NCBI RefSeq assembly: GCF_964355755.1
Contig: NC_092674.1
Coordinates: 10,478,001-10,542,000, forward strand
Length of the DNA stretch: 64,000 bases
Direction: 5' to 3'
Origin: Antedon mediterranea
Taxonomy: Eukaryota > Animalia > Echinodermata
In this document: piece by piece, positions 1 through 13,690 of the stretch
Layout of the letters: the number at the start of each line of letters is the position of its first letter
How positions within the stretch are numbered: position 1 is the stretch's first letter
Program-made: the position numbers and the translations under genes
Notes under the pieces: model-generated
The model's database searches: none
What the model was told of the DNA's origin: nothing
Seen by the model: the letters and a program-made list of their open reading frames with translations, nothing else

Positions 1-997
1 ACAGATGATCCCCTACTCTCTTTTGAATAGTATGTACCCAGTGACTTGCTATGAGTGTGCACTGGCTAAAACCGAGTGGATCCTGAACAGGACTAGTGGA
101 AGAAAAACAAGCATTAAAATATGCTGAAAAAGGCTAAAAACACCAGAGGCCTCCAGCGTTGGAATGGAAAGCTACTTAGGGTCCCTAAACCTTGAGTCTC
201 TGCATTATGCCACTGAGCACACCAAGTTCATGCAATATATGAGACCAACAGCTTTAAGTTCTATCAGAAAGACGAGTTTGAGAGTAAAGTATCATGTCTA
301 AAGTATACAAGCAATATGGCACAGACATGTTTGAACCTAAACATCTCATATTCTAATCAGATATCCCTCCATTACGCCATATCTTGCTATCTCTACTTTG
401 AAAATTATAAACAACACATACTGCCTACCAATAATGAATGAATTGATCCATCTATATGAATTTAACTTGATTTAAGAATTATAAAAATCATTACAATGTG
501 TAATCGGATTCTTAATCAATTGGGCCTTAGGCAAAAGCCTACTTTAATGTTGAACTTGCAAAAGCATTACCTAAGAATATCATATAGTACAAAAAAAATG
601 TCTGTTAGGATGGGCAACGGATACAGCAGGGAAACCCTTTACAGTTTTTTAGGCAAGCAATTTTTAGGTACAAAATACAAAGTTCGTTCCTTGACCTCAT
701 ACCTATCTGTGTTTTCAATTTCGTAAGATCTGGCAATAACTTTTTAGCAATCCTGCTAACAAACAAACAGACACACGCGTTGCGATCGACTACAGATGGC
801 GGATGTAATAAAGTACAAACTCTTTGTCAATTCAACAACTTTAGATTTACACAATGTTGGAGCCAAAGAATGCAATACATAGCTATGATGGTCTACTTTC
901 CTAACTGTTTAATGAATAGGTGTCATATTGTCTAATGATTCAAATATTATCTAATATCATTTTTAGGTAAATATTAAGTAGTTTCATACAAACTTCA

Positions 998-2353
998 ATG
1001 TGTATTGAGCTACAGTTTACTACTACTGTTACTACTAATACTATTCAATTCTGGTTCCTTTTCATTTTGAGATATTACTGTACAACAAAAAGAGTAGTAC
1101 TATGTGTTTTGGTTTGGCAAACAATGTGTTTCCTGCTGAAATAACATTTCCAGATCATGTGACTGTAGATATGTCTTTGAGTGGATTCCTTGAATGTTCT
1201 TTAACATTAACTTCTGATGAATCTATTACTCCACATGGCATACGTTGGACTAAAAATGACAACATTGAAATTCCTGTGATTGAAGTGATTCTGTCACAAA
1301 TGGTGACACTACAAAGTATGCACTAGCTGGATTATCTGTTACTCAAAATGTTTCAATAACACAAACATTGGTACCAATGTACTTATTATTTTAAATGGCC
1401 AAGAGACTAATGTCAAAGCCTCTACAAGACTGTACATAACAAATTATGTGTTCTAACCCAGAGAGAACGATTGTGTTGCCTGATGACATAATAATAATAA
1501 TAACATTGCGATGCAATTCAGACCCTGCAGATTCACTAATAGAAATGACGTGTTCAGTAGATGGAAATACCTTTTAACTAACAGTCAAAATGCAAACAAT
1601 TCTTTAAGGCTGAACTATGTACTAACAGTTCCTAATACAGAAGGTATCTTATATATGTCAGACTTCAAATACATTAGGTAATGTTCAGGCTTGTATGATA
1701 AACTTATTTGTTAAAAGTCCTTTAAATCCTTTGATAATGCAAAACTTAATGAACTTAATTTGTACAGTTGCCACAAGTACTCAACAAGCAAGCAAATCAA
1801 TTACAGTAACGGTATCAACCCCAGCTACAATTTTAGTACAGACTACACCTATAGACTTGCCCACAACGACAGCACCTACAGGTTTGCCTACAACATCTAC
1901 AGGCGTGTTAATGACGACAACTCCTACAAACTTGCCTACAACATCTACAGGCTTAAACCAGACAAAAACCAAAAGCTTGCCTACAACATCTACAGGCTTG
2001 TTAACAACGACAACCCCTACAAGCTTGCCTACAACATCTACAGGCTTGCCCACAACGACAACAGCTACAGGCTTGTTAACAACGACAACACCTACAGGCT
2101 TGCCTACAACATCTACAGGTTTATACCCGACAAAAACCAAAAGCTTGCCCTCTGTGACACCTATAACACAAATATCAAGCAAGCTATTAGAACAACTGAA
2201 ATAGTGCCTAAAATCACCAGCGTAGAGCAAAACAAGATAACATCAAGTAAATCATTGACTGATACATTGATTATAATACTCATCGTGCTCTGTGGTTCAA
2301 TTCTATTATTGCTCATCAGTCAACTTTTCGTCTTTAAATGGTTAAAAATGTGA
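998..2353 (+). pseudogene. Frameshifted, intronless type-I membrane protein: signal-like peptide, two Ig-like domains, Thr/Pro mucin stalk, TM helix; nested antisense in an APBB intron
   Basis: Ig1 shows LECSLT..IRWTKN and, after frameshifts, WYQCTY. Ig2 shows ITLRCNSDP..LRLNYV..Y.C.TSNTLG-like motifs. ORF 1695-2204 has TTPTGLPTTSTGL repeats. The TM segment LIIILIVLCGSILLLLI is in ORF 1760-2353, reached by a frameshift near 2165. Confidence 0.7.
1855..2150 (+). repeat. Coding minisatellite (cttgcctacaacatctacagg-type units) forming the mucin stalk
   Basis: Repeated gcctacaacatctacaggctt and acaacgacaac units are directly visible. Confidence 0.85.
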
Positions 2354-2856
2354 ATTATTCTAATAATTATAGCGGCCCGCTATAAATCCCAAAATGCATT
2401 GCGTGCGGATTGATATTTCTGTTTTTCTTCTGTAATTCACCCACTTTTCGATCGATCGTGAGGCCAAAACAACTGGAAGACTCGTAACTTTTCAGCGAAA
2501 ATACCGGGTTTTCCCCAATTTGTATCAACGGAGTCTGGCAAAAATAGAAAGACAATTAATGCAGCAACTATACAACATCAGGCTAGGTATATAGCTAGCG
2601 TACAATGTTCGTACGTTACCGATGTTTACCAGCTAGGCCTACAAAACAAAGCCTATCTAGACTATAAGGCCTAAAGACCGTCCACGAGAGGTCAGTCGCC
2701 GCGAGCTACTTAGGTAGTGCATTGTTTCTCACTTTTTATCATAATATACCATAAAACGTACATTTAAGACAAGGAATGACCTGGTTTATTGTTTTGAAGT
2801 AATATATATGTATTATTTTTACAAAACGTCACAAATTGTAGGGAAGGTGTCTTTTA
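2322..2856 (-). mobile_element. Truncated copy of a Kolobok-like non-autonomous DNA element (same family as 33638-34277)
   Basis: Reverse complement of about 33640-34185, e.g. tatagcggcccgctataaatcccaaaatgc. Ends in gggaaggtgtctttta. Confidence 0.8.
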
Positions 2857-4114
2857 GTTATGAATACCATATGGTAACTATAATGTTTTGAAAAATGTTC
2901 TGGATGTCGTATAAAAACATAGACTTATATTGTACACTATAGGCTTACACAAAATGAGAACATGGTCCACCATTAGGACAATACCAGGCCAAACCCATGC
3001 TGCAATGCAATGAGCCGGTTACGATGTTCACTCCTTAACTCATCGGCTATGATGTAAATATATTAAAACATGTTGCCATACAAATTCAACAGTGAAAATT
3101 GTAATCACACATGGGGAATCTCCTATCTATTGTTATCTAAAATTATATCTATATTTTAAAAACTTTAATGTGTTTGTTTGAAATAAAATAGAATCAGAAA
3201 AGAAAATTCATGAATTAAGCCTATCACTGACATTTAGACTTTTTTTGTGCAAATGCATAATTTGAACACAAGCGCTATTCCTAGCTTTACTCTACCGCAA
3301 ACACACTTACTGGATAAAATTCCTTCTATGCTTTTTACACTTTAATGCTAGCATGATTTATTGTCATCTTGAAATGTGCAAAACATTTGAAATGAATATT
3401 TTGACAGAATCCAACCATAAATAAAGTTAAAGAATAGAAGAAAGAAGGTTACAGATTCAATGTGGGTGTGTTATTCTAAAAATGTAAATATAACACAAAG
3501 TTATGCAAGCAGTCAATTTTAGAAAGAAATAGATCTAAAAATGAATGGCTGTAAATAACTTATCACGAAAATTACAGGCTGCAAAATAATTTGATTTGCG
3601 AAATTAAATTGAATTAGCTTCAAAAATAAGGTTTGAGGATTTATATTATAATAAAAAATGTTTTCATGTCATAAATGAATTCTCTAAATGGTAACTAACT
3701 AAGTTGATGTGAATACAATATGTCATTCTTATGTAGCCTAATATATTGTTCTTAGTTTTAAAATGAATATCAAATGAATGATTGAAATCAACTGAATTAA
3801 ATTAAAAAATATAAATGATATGAGAAAATAGTAACAAAAATAACATTTTTGTAAACAAATCATGTGATACCGGTTGATATATCAATGTAGTAATACTGTT
3901 AATGTTTTATTTATAGTAAAAAAAATTAAACATATGTTGACAAAATGCTGACAATAACAAAACAACACTGCTAAAAACAAACTCTTCCGACCGCAAACTT
4001 CCTATTTTCCAAGCACAAACACAGGCAACTATTATAAATTATTCACAAAACCACAAACACACACATAAATATGAAGCAAATTGTTTTGCATGCATTATTG
4101 AGATGATTCCTTAC

Positions 4115-4242
4115 CGTCCGTTATCTCTACCGACGCCCCAAACACGGATACTGCATACATGTTGTTGGTTGAGCACCGTGTGGTCCGTCGTGTCCAACAA
4201 CTTTAAGTGTTCATCTTCTAAAATCATGTCCATGTCTTTGCC
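4115..4242 (-). CDS. APBB: APBB/Fe65 exon, PID1 continued; the remaining exons lie beyond the left edge of the window
   Basis: GKDMDMILEDEHLKLLDTTDHTVLNQQHVCSIRVWGVGRDNGR. Acceptor ttacacag, phase-2 donor CG|gtaagg. The expected next exon (DFAYVARD...) was not found in 1-4114. Confidence 0.94.
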
Positions 4243-4679
4243 CTGTGTAATCGAATAAACACACAATTTAAAAAAAATAATTAATAATTAATAGACGAAT
4301 AAAAGTAAGAATATAATTTCAATTAAGTTTTCTGCTATAAATTTAAATTAATAATTATAATCGATCTTTTCATGAACATTGAAGTGTAAATGGATGACCC
4401 AATTTATTTTTACACTATTATACCAAACAGAACTTATATAATATAATATTATTATTTTGCATATATTATAGAAAAGTTTCTGATTTCGATTCTCCATTGG
4501 GACTCCTATAAGGGGACACTTTTCCATTAAATAAACAATAAGGTAATATTAAATATAACACTTCAGACAATCCCTTTCATGATGGGATGATGTCCCCTAT
4601 AAGGAGCCACTTTATTCAGGCCCAAATTTGTCCCCTAGGGGTTGTACTACATTATTGCCTATGGCACCAGCGACTACAG

Positions 4680-6300
4680 TATTATTATTCACTTTTATTT
4701 CAAATATCAAAAAATTGACCAAAATTACAACTCGTGGCTAAGAGCCAAATTGCGTGTAAAATACATGTCATATCAAAAATATAAATATATATAAAAAATA
4801 TGAAAACAAAAAAAACAACAAAGAAGGGGAGAGCAGTCGCAAACTAGCAGGGGAGAAAATTAAGAATTCAGTAATTTGATGAAGTAGGGTATAGGGCTAT
4901 TGGTAAATCTGGATGTTTTAGACGCTAGCTGGGTAATTTTGTTTTTATTTCTTAAATTCCTACCATGACAGCTATGTCTGGTCGGTGGGATTAAATCAGC
5001 TGTTTGTTTAATTTTGGGGAGATACTCAGCGAACTTGCGACAATGCTCCACCCTTCTTTGAGCCAAAGTCTCTAATTTAAGAAATTCAAGGGCACCAGAG
5101 TAAGAAAAGTAATCATTGCCTAACATTATACGGCAAGCCCTCTTTTGAACATTTTCAATACAATCGCTTAATCTACTAGACAGGCCAGAATGCCAAACAA
5201 CATCAGCATACTCAACAACTGGTCTAATGTAACCACAAAAGGTCAATTTAAGCTCTTCAATGTTAAAACCAAATCGTTTTAGTGATCGTAAAAAGAAAAG
5301 TTTCCTGGAAGCTTTAGTGATGATGGAATCAATATGACAGTCCCATTTAAGGTTGTCTTGAAAAAAAACTCCCAGGATCTTGGCTTTATTAACATATTGG
5401 AGCTTATCAGTTCCCAAGTGTATGTCAACGTGTGAAGGTTGGGTAGAACTGAAACACACCTTAAGGGCCTGACATTTTTTGGGGTTAAGCACTAAACAGT
5501 TGTCGTTACACCAGCGGAAAAAAGAATTAAGATCATCTTGTAAAAAACCAGGCAATGAGAGCTTACGATTTTCACAAAATGTAAGATCATCTACATATTT
5601 CAGATACTTAGTTTTAGCATTTGTACCAGCATCGTTGATCATGATCTGGAAACATAAAGGGCCTAACTTGGTTCCCTGTGGGACACCAGCTTTTAAGTAA
5701 GAGTAATTAGATAAGGTACCATTATATTTGACACACTGCATACGCATAAAAAGAAAATCACACAACCATGGTACCAAAGCCCCCCTGACACCAATATCAA
5801 TGATCTTATTAACAAGGATGGTATGGTCGATAAGATCAAAGGCCTTGGAGAAATCAGTAAGAACCATGGTACCAACATTGTGCTTATTCTCAGCACCTTG
5901 ACAGAGATAATGCACCAAGTGGGTCAGGTAATGAGCAGTAGACAAACCCTTAACATTTCCAAACTGGTTAACATCGATTTTTGAACTTATATCTTGTAAG
6001 ATCCAGTCAGTGATAAACTCCTCAGCTACTTTGGCAAACACAGAAGTAATGGAGATAGGTCTGAGTTTGTCAATAGTAGGAGGCTGAACCTTGGGCACAG
6101 GGACTACAACTGCCTTTTTCCACTGAGAAGGGACAATGCCTTCAGAAAAAGAACAGTTGAGTATATCACAAAGTGGTTCACAAAACTCCATGGCAAATAA
6201 TTTAACAATTTTGGGTGGGACCAAATCTGGTCCGCAGGCCTTGTTTTCTTTAATAGTACAAGGCAATTGGTGTGATAGCTTCCATGACTACACCTTCATC
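4680..6300 (-). mobile_element. 5'-truncated non-LTR retrotransposon (CR1/L2-group) with reverse transcriptase domain and 3'UTR
   Basis: ORF 4860..6266 has RT motifs LRPISIT, DFSKAFD, GVPQGTKLGP and KYVDD. The 3'UTR ends in AATAAA plus (aat)n near 4680-4700. Confidence 0.92.
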
Positions 6301-7437
6301 ACAAATACTTGATTCACACACATAGACCTTTCCCATTATTTTGAATTTCAACTTTGAATTTCAACTAAAATGAAATCTTTTCGATAGATTTTAATTAAGT
6401 CCTACAGAAAAAAAAACGATAATTTGAATATTCCAATTATTTAAAAAATGATTCGTTGATCGCTGTGTCTTTTAAAACGGGTCAAAATAATCGCTCTGGA
6501 ATAATTCAACAATAAAGATAAATGTCATTAGGTAAATTTCAAATTGGTTGGCCAAGCTTCGTCTAAATTAGTTTCTCTGGACATACTAATAAGTGGCGAC
6601 AAACACAAGTATGGTGGTGTCTACGTTAATCACAACATCAAGAACCCTCAAATCAACGAAGCATTATCTCAAGATATTAAATATCGCACGCACGACTCTT
6701 TGTCTAGACGATAGTTAATAAATGCTTGCAAAAGAGCATCAACAGCCTCACGGCAAATATCTCTGTTTCAAACCTGTAGTCCTTTTTTGTTTTATTACAC
6801 CGTTTCTTCATCTGTGAGACGTGATATGTTGCATGTATGTTTATGTTAAGTTTTAAGATTCAATATTTAATTGAAAATGATATTTTAGTTGGTAAGTCCT
6901 GCGGTATTTACAATATTGATTCTTCCGATTGCTATTTAAACAAACCATTCAAACCATGGCGATTCAAAAAAGATATTACAAAAATACTTTTTAGATGTCT
7001 TAAAAATAAAAAAAACTAGTGTTTTGGTGATTCATTTTCTGTAGAATTAGACAAATTAGATACAGGTACTGTAGTCTTTAAGAACAGAACATATAGCAGG
7101 CTGTACTATAAATTTCTGATCCTGAATATAACTTTACTGGGCAGAAGCAGGTCTTCTGTAAGGTCTGCCCAATCAGCAGTATATTTATCTTATCTAATTA
7201 TTTATTTGGTCTACGGTATTTCAGTATACATAACAAAAAAAACTGAAATTTATTCAACCAAAACAAAAATTTAATATAAAGAATTTTCTTGTCTTCAATG
7301 TATTATTTGTGTCTTATCTTTTAGTATACTATTTTAAAAACATATTAAATATTTTTATTATATATTATGCATTCTGGATTTGTCTTGTTGAACAACTTAT
7401 GAAACAGGTTTTCCGGCAGAGTTAAGCACATACTAAC

Positions 7438-7590
7438 CTCGCCCCAAATTCCTGCACTGTCTCTAATATCGTTCTTGCGGTATGACAGTTGACGGATACA
7501 GTTGTTAACAGCTAGGCTGCTCTTTCCAGGTGACAGATCAGAATCGTTCATTTCCACCCAACCTAGCGATCGTACATGGAATTTTATTGG
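7438..7590 (-). CDS. APBB: APBB/Fe65 exon, start of PID1 (PTB) domain
   Basis: PIKFHVRSLGWVEMNDSDLSPGKSSLAVNNCIRQLSYRKNDIRDSAGIWGE closely follows vertebrate APBB PID1. Acceptor ctttcag, donor gttagt; 153 nt. Confidence 0.95.
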
Positions 7591-7956
7591 CTGAAAGAAA
7601 AAGCCATAAGGTACAGTATCACCTTACCGACTACAACAATATTTATTTGCTTAATTTTTATAATCATTGTTGAGTTCAGTCAAATCAATGTTTATGTGTC
7701 GACGGCAGTGGAATTAATTAACACATGGCAACTGTACAATTCTGACACTCTCATTTGCGTCACGAAAATATTGGATTCTATTTATAACCTGTGAAAACAT
7801 TAATATTTATTTCATTGAGAAAATTTTAAAATCCAAAACATTATAATATTATAACATAGGTTACAGTAAAAGCATTAAAACGATCAGAGTATTTAGCAAA
7901 TTTCTTGAAGAGACTTCATTTTTTATTAATATATTTTTTTTTAAATAATAACTTAC

Positions 7957-8109
7957 CTCACGTCCTGGCTTCTTTTCCTCTTGCTCTTGGTCTGAATCCG
8001 CATCTCCAGCATTTAGTGAAGCATATCGAAGTGCGGACTCTTGGAAAGCTCGGATGTGCTGCTCTGGGTCAGAGTTGATACCTCCACCTGGCTCAGATGC
8101 ATGTGAAAG
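7957..8109 (-). CDS. APBB: APBB/Fe65 exon, WW-PID1 linker
   Basis: LSHASEPGGGINSDPEQHIRAFQESALRYASLN... contains the Fe65 'LRYASL' motif. Canonical ttttcag / gtaagt sites; 153 nt, phase 0. Confidence 0.88.
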
Positions 8110-10203
8110 CTGAAAAACAACACATTGATATTTGAAATTAATTAGACATTTTCTTTTTTACTTTAATTGGAATTTGAAAACAAATTGTGAATTTTTAACC
8201 TATGAAAATTGAGAAACGATTATGTTGAACAACATCAGTTTTGGTTAATAAATTCGCACAAATCGGAAACGGCAAATAATTAGGGGCAAAATTCCTTCTA
8301 CTTTTTGTGACAAAAAAAAGCGCAACCAATTAAAGCTAAGGCATATTTGATACTGTATATAAGAATATTTTTGCCTTGTGAAAAACAGTTTCTTAACCGG
8401 CCACATTTTTATATTTAGCGTCTTCAATTGTCATAGACATCCAGTACTCAATTTGAAAGCCTTTGGAGCATAACACTGTTTTAAAACTGGCTATTATAGT
8501 ATAATTTGTAACCTTTGATTTAAAATAATACCTTTTGCTAATCAACTATCTCTATGTGATTTTCAGAATAAAATTATTATACAAATAAATTTATAAATAT
8601 TACATGAAATAATAGTTTTAATAATGCACAATTAATAAAAATGCATTTAAATCACCAACATACTAAGACCTAAGACATTTAAATTTCAGAGTGCTATGAA
8701 AAAAGTCCAGTTTAATTTCTCTAATGGACGAAGACGATTTAAGTTTAAAGAGATCTATGAAGACAGAGAGACATAGTCTCGGTGCTGTCATTACAAACAG
8801 ACTGACAAGTATTATAAAATACTTTTTTCATTATGATATGATAAAGTAGTATGTTATGCTGATTATCAAATACTTAAACTTGTTTTTTATTTAAAAAATC
8901 AGCAATATAAAGAATGAATAGTTGAACAGATATGCCAGACTTTTTAAATGTCCATGTCACAATTTTTTTTTTAAATGGTTTTTTCCTTGGTGCTAGAGAA
9001 TATTAATTTCTGATATGATACTTCGTTATTTGAAATTTAAATTTTTTTTATATCCCATAAATTATCTAAAATTCACATACACACAATTTTTATTTATAAA
9101 TAGATTCTAAATTCAGTTAACACAGTAATTAGAAATATAAAATAAGGTTTAATATCTAACTTTTTTTATGGAAAATAATTTTTTTAATCTCTTGTTCAGT
9201 AGGTAATATTCATGATGGATAATATATCCAACTGCTGAAAAATCATGTCTCACCACGCGTCAGACGTGTCAAGGAATTTAATGCACATGGTGTAAAAAAA
9301 CAGTTAATCAATTCGCATTTTGTCAATGTAGAAAAACTGGTTGAAATGCGCATTCATTAATGGTATACGTATCGCTTTCCATACATAATTAAATATTCCC
9401 CTTACGTAAACTCCCTCGGGATATGGTTATGAGCTGCCTAAAGTCAATTAAACGCTTCTGTTTTGGCAACGCGCCTAATGTTTACAGTGTATATGTCACA
9501 GATCTATGCAGATCAAATATATTATAATAGCAATGTGTTTATATATACATGAAGGCCTTTAACAATACAATAAACATATTATAATTTTGACAGTTTTGAT
9601 AGCATTTTGTCAAACTAACAATGTATATAATTAAAAAATAAAATAATGAAAAGAAACATGTTATATGTAACGCCAATTATAGATTAATTTTGGAAACAGA
9701 TTTTTAATTAGAGTGTTAGCAATCGTAATTAGTAATATTATTTTGAAAAGGTAGTTATTTCATTATAATACACTCAATCCTTGGCATTCGATTATCACAT
9801 GCCATGCATTATTTGGATCTATCCTAACAATTTAGTGGTTCATATTTGTAAAAACCATGGTAACAATTTGTTAGACTCTTCACAATTTGTTATATCATTC
9901 TTTCAACTCAAATATCGAAAAGCGAATAACTTTATCAAAACTGCAAAATGTCCTATTCAAAGTCTGATTTTATTAACATTTTTTGTCATGTTTTTGGGGG
10001 ACAAATACAATAAAATATGCTTACAATTATTGATCCAATAAAAACAAAGTAGATCCTTACAGTTAAGAATATGAATAAATAAAAATCAAAATGGACCAAT
10101 TTTGAGTAATTTTGTTATATTAGTTCGGTTAATGTTTTACAATAGAAAATCTTTTGTCTAATTCTTTGCAGGTGTATGATTTTTGTTTCAACATTAGGGT
10201 AAA

Positions 10204-10380
10204 GTCACACAGAGCCTAAATTGTCACCACAGAGCCTAAATTGTCACCACAGAGCCTAAATTGTCACCACAGAGCCTAAGTTGTCACCACAGAGCCTAAG
10301 TTGTCACCACAAAGCCTAAATTGTCACCACAGAGCCTAAATTGTCACTAAAGCCTAAATTGTCACCACATAGCCTAAATT
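10204..10380. repeat. 20-bp minisatellite (cacagagcctaaattgtcac)n, left part
   Basis: About 9 tandem copies, period 20. Confidence 0.97.
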
Positions 10381-12499
10381 TACCTTACCTTGCCTTTACC
10401 TTGACCTTTAGACTATAAACCTGTTAAGGTTTGTGAGTCCCTCTTTGAACATCTTGGTTATGGCTCAAACTTTAGGTTGTGGGTTTTCCAGTGTGATTCA
10501 AGATGGGTTTTAAAATTATTTATAGAGGATGCATTTACTATATGATATGGCAAACTATTCCAATCATTTACTGCAGATATTGAAAAGAATTTCTGTCTGT
10601 GTTTCGATTTACTATGAACTTTTTTAATTTTAAAATTGTGGCCTCTAGTTACAGTAGATGGTGAAATTCAAAAAAGACACCCGGTTTAACATTATCATAC
10701 TTTTGTATCATTCTAAAAATCTGTAAGCAGCAAGACCTCTTTCTTCGAAATGCTAATGATGGCAGTTTCATAAATTTCATTCGGTCACTATATGGTTGAG
10801 TTTTAATTTCCACAGCAAGTTTTGTGGCTCTTTGCTGAACTTTTTCTAAGAGAATAGAATCACCAACAAACTGAGGAAGACAAGCCGTACTAGAATATTC
10901 TAAGATCGGTCTAACCATTGATTTATAAAGGATAGACACTAAATGACTGTCTAAATATTCAAAGGTTCTCTGGTGACTTAACTAATTGAGGCAGATCGTT
11001 GATAAATATTGTAAAGCAGATTACACCATATACACTCCCTTGAGGAAAACCACTCTGGACCGATATCCAATCCGAAACTTCGCCATTTACCACCACTCGC
11101 TGGACACGATTTGACAAGTATATTTTAGTCCATTTCAACAATTCACCACGAATACCATATGTATGCATTTTATGGAGAAGTCTTTCATGTGGAACAGAGT
11201 CAAAAGCTTTTTGAAAATCACAGTACAAGATATCGACAGAGTGTCCTTCATCTATCATTGAAGACCATTTCTCAGCAGTGGCCTCAAGCAGTTGCGTGTT
11301 GCAGGATCTTCCCTTGCGAAACCCATGTTGTTCGTTACAAAATAGTTTATTATCTTCCATATGTTTCGATATTTCATTCTTGATGAATGTCTCCATGGTT
11401 TTACATAGTATTGACGTTAAACTCACTGGCCTATAGTTTAGAGGATTAGTTTTACAGCCTTTCTTATAGATTGGTGAAACATTAGCTTGCCTCCATTGTT
11501 CAGGAATAGTTCCCTCATGTAAAAGCTTGGAAAATAAAGTGCTGAGGATTGGACTAATTTCATTTGCCGTTTCTTTTAAAAGTCGAGAGTGCACACCATC
11601 TGGTCCTGGAGACTTACAAATGTCTAATGCTAATAGGTGCTTTCGAATTTCATTCTCCGGAAATGCAACAGTATACAAAGGTTCGACTTCATGATCAAGG
11701 TTAAGTTTAAGCACGGGAATGTCAGAAATATTTTCTTTAGTAAAAACTGTTGCAAATGCTTGGTTTAAGAGTGCAGCTTTTTGTCTATCATCTACAATCA
11801 GTTCTCCTCTCTCGTCTTTTAATGCAGAAATGCCCGTCTTTTTGCCAGTTTTCTCCTTATAATATTTCCAGAAACTCTTAGGATTCACTTTTATCTCGGA
11901 TGCCAACTTGCATTCAAAACTTTTCTTCGCTTTTTTTATTGCCTTATTTGTCTCATTTCTAACTTTAATATAAGCATTCCATCTTTCCGGTGTTCTTCTA
12001 CTCTGATATCTATTCCATGCTTTATGTTTCTGTTTAACTATAGACACTGTTTCGACGTTCATCCACTGCTTCTTATACCTTTTAGTATTAGACCTTAAAG
12101 GAACATACTGTAAAATACAGAAATCTAACAGGGAATAGAGAGAATTAGCAATAGAAACACCATCAAGTTCATACATATCAATATTTAGTTTCGATTCTTT
12201 TATTTTAGTTCTAATAGCTTCGTAGTTGGCTTTGTAGTAATTTCTTGTAGGAGTGACATTTTCTTTTTCTATAAAACTTAAAGCAAGATTAAAGGTTAAA
12301 ACAACATGGTCACTCTTTCCCAATGGTGCACTACTAATAAGATCACAGACATCAAACTCTTCCCTTGAAAGTACTAAATCTAGTATATTAGATTCTTCTC
12401 CAGTACGATGTCTTGTCGGACAGTCTACATGTTGATGCCACATTAAATCATCGATTAAATCGGTAAATTTTTGGTTCACATTATGTGATAACCCTTTGC
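10381..12499 (-). mobile_element. CR1 LINE fragment (end of APE endonuclease plus RT), 5'-truncated and internally deleted, inserted in a minisatellite
   Basis: ORF 10959..12479 (LDLVLS..LGKSDH, NYRPVSLTS, DFQKAFD, GFPQGS) and C-terminal piece 10649..10939. Has an (AAGGT)n-like tail at 10381-10410. Confidence 0.92.
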
Positions 12500-13690
12500 T
12501 ACACCACAGAGCCTAAATGGTCACCACAGAGCCTAAATTGTCACCACAGAGCCTAAATTGTCACCACATGCCTAAATTGTCACCACATAGCCTAAATTGT
12601 CACAACAGAGCCTAAATTGTCACAACAGAGCCTAAATTGTCACCACATAGCCTAAATGGTCACCACAGAGCCTAAATTGTCACAACAGAGCCTAAATTGT
12701 CACCACATAGCCTAAATGGTCACCACAGAGCCTAAATTGTCACAACCGAGCCTAAATTTTCACCACATAGCCTAAATGGTCACCACAGAGTCTAAATTGT
12801 CACTACAGAGCCTAAATTGTCACAACAAAGCCTAAATTGTCACCACATAGCCTAAATGGTCACCAGCGTCTAAATTGTCACTACAGAGCCTAAATTGTCA
12901 CCACAGAGTCTAAATTGTCACTACAGAGCCTAAATTGTCACCAGAGCCTAAATGGTCATCACAGAGTCTAAATTGTCACTACAGAGCTTAAATTGTCACC
13001 ACAGAGCTAAATTGTCACCAGAGCCTAAATGGTCACCACAGCGTCTAAATTGTCACTACAGAGCTTAAATTGTCACTACAGAGCTTAAATTGTCACGACA
13101 GAGCCTAAATTATCACCACAGAGCCTAAATGGTCACCACAGAGCCCAATTAGTCACCACAGAGCCCAATTAGTCACCACAGAGCCCAATTAGTCACCACA
13201 GAGTCTAAATTGTCACCACATAGCCTAAATTGTCACCACAGAGCCTAAATTGTCACCACAGCGCCTAAATTGTCACCACAGAGCCTAAATTGTCACCACA
13301 GAGCCTAAATTGTCACCACAGAGCCTAAATTGTCACTACTTAGAGCCTGAATTGTCACCACAGAGCCTAAATTGTCACCACATAGCCTAAATTGTCACCA
13401 CAGAGCCTGAATTATCACCACAGAGCCTGAATTGTCACCCCAGAGCTTAAATTGTCACCACAGAGCCTAAATTGTCACCACAGAGCTTAAATTATCACAA
13501 CAGAGCCTGAATTGTCACCACAGAGCTTGAATTGTCACCACAGAGCTTAAATTGTCACCACAGAGCCTAAATTGTCAACACAGAGCTTAAATTGTCACCA
13601 CAGAGCCTAAATTGTCACCACAGAGCCTAAATTGTCACCACAGAGCCTAAATTGTCACTGCAGTACGTAAATTGTCACAGTAAGTTAAAT
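12500..13690. repeat. 20-bp minisatellite (cacagagcctaaattgtcac)n, right part
   Basis: About 1.2 kb of tandem 20-mers (roughly 59 units) with locally spread variants. Confidence 0.97.

Noticed and set aside
1760-2230. Triple overlapping ORFs (YRLAHND repeats and antisense VVGKP repeats) as separate genes
   Set aside because: These are alternative frames of the mucin minisatellite. Only the TM-coding end of 1760..2353 is meaningful.
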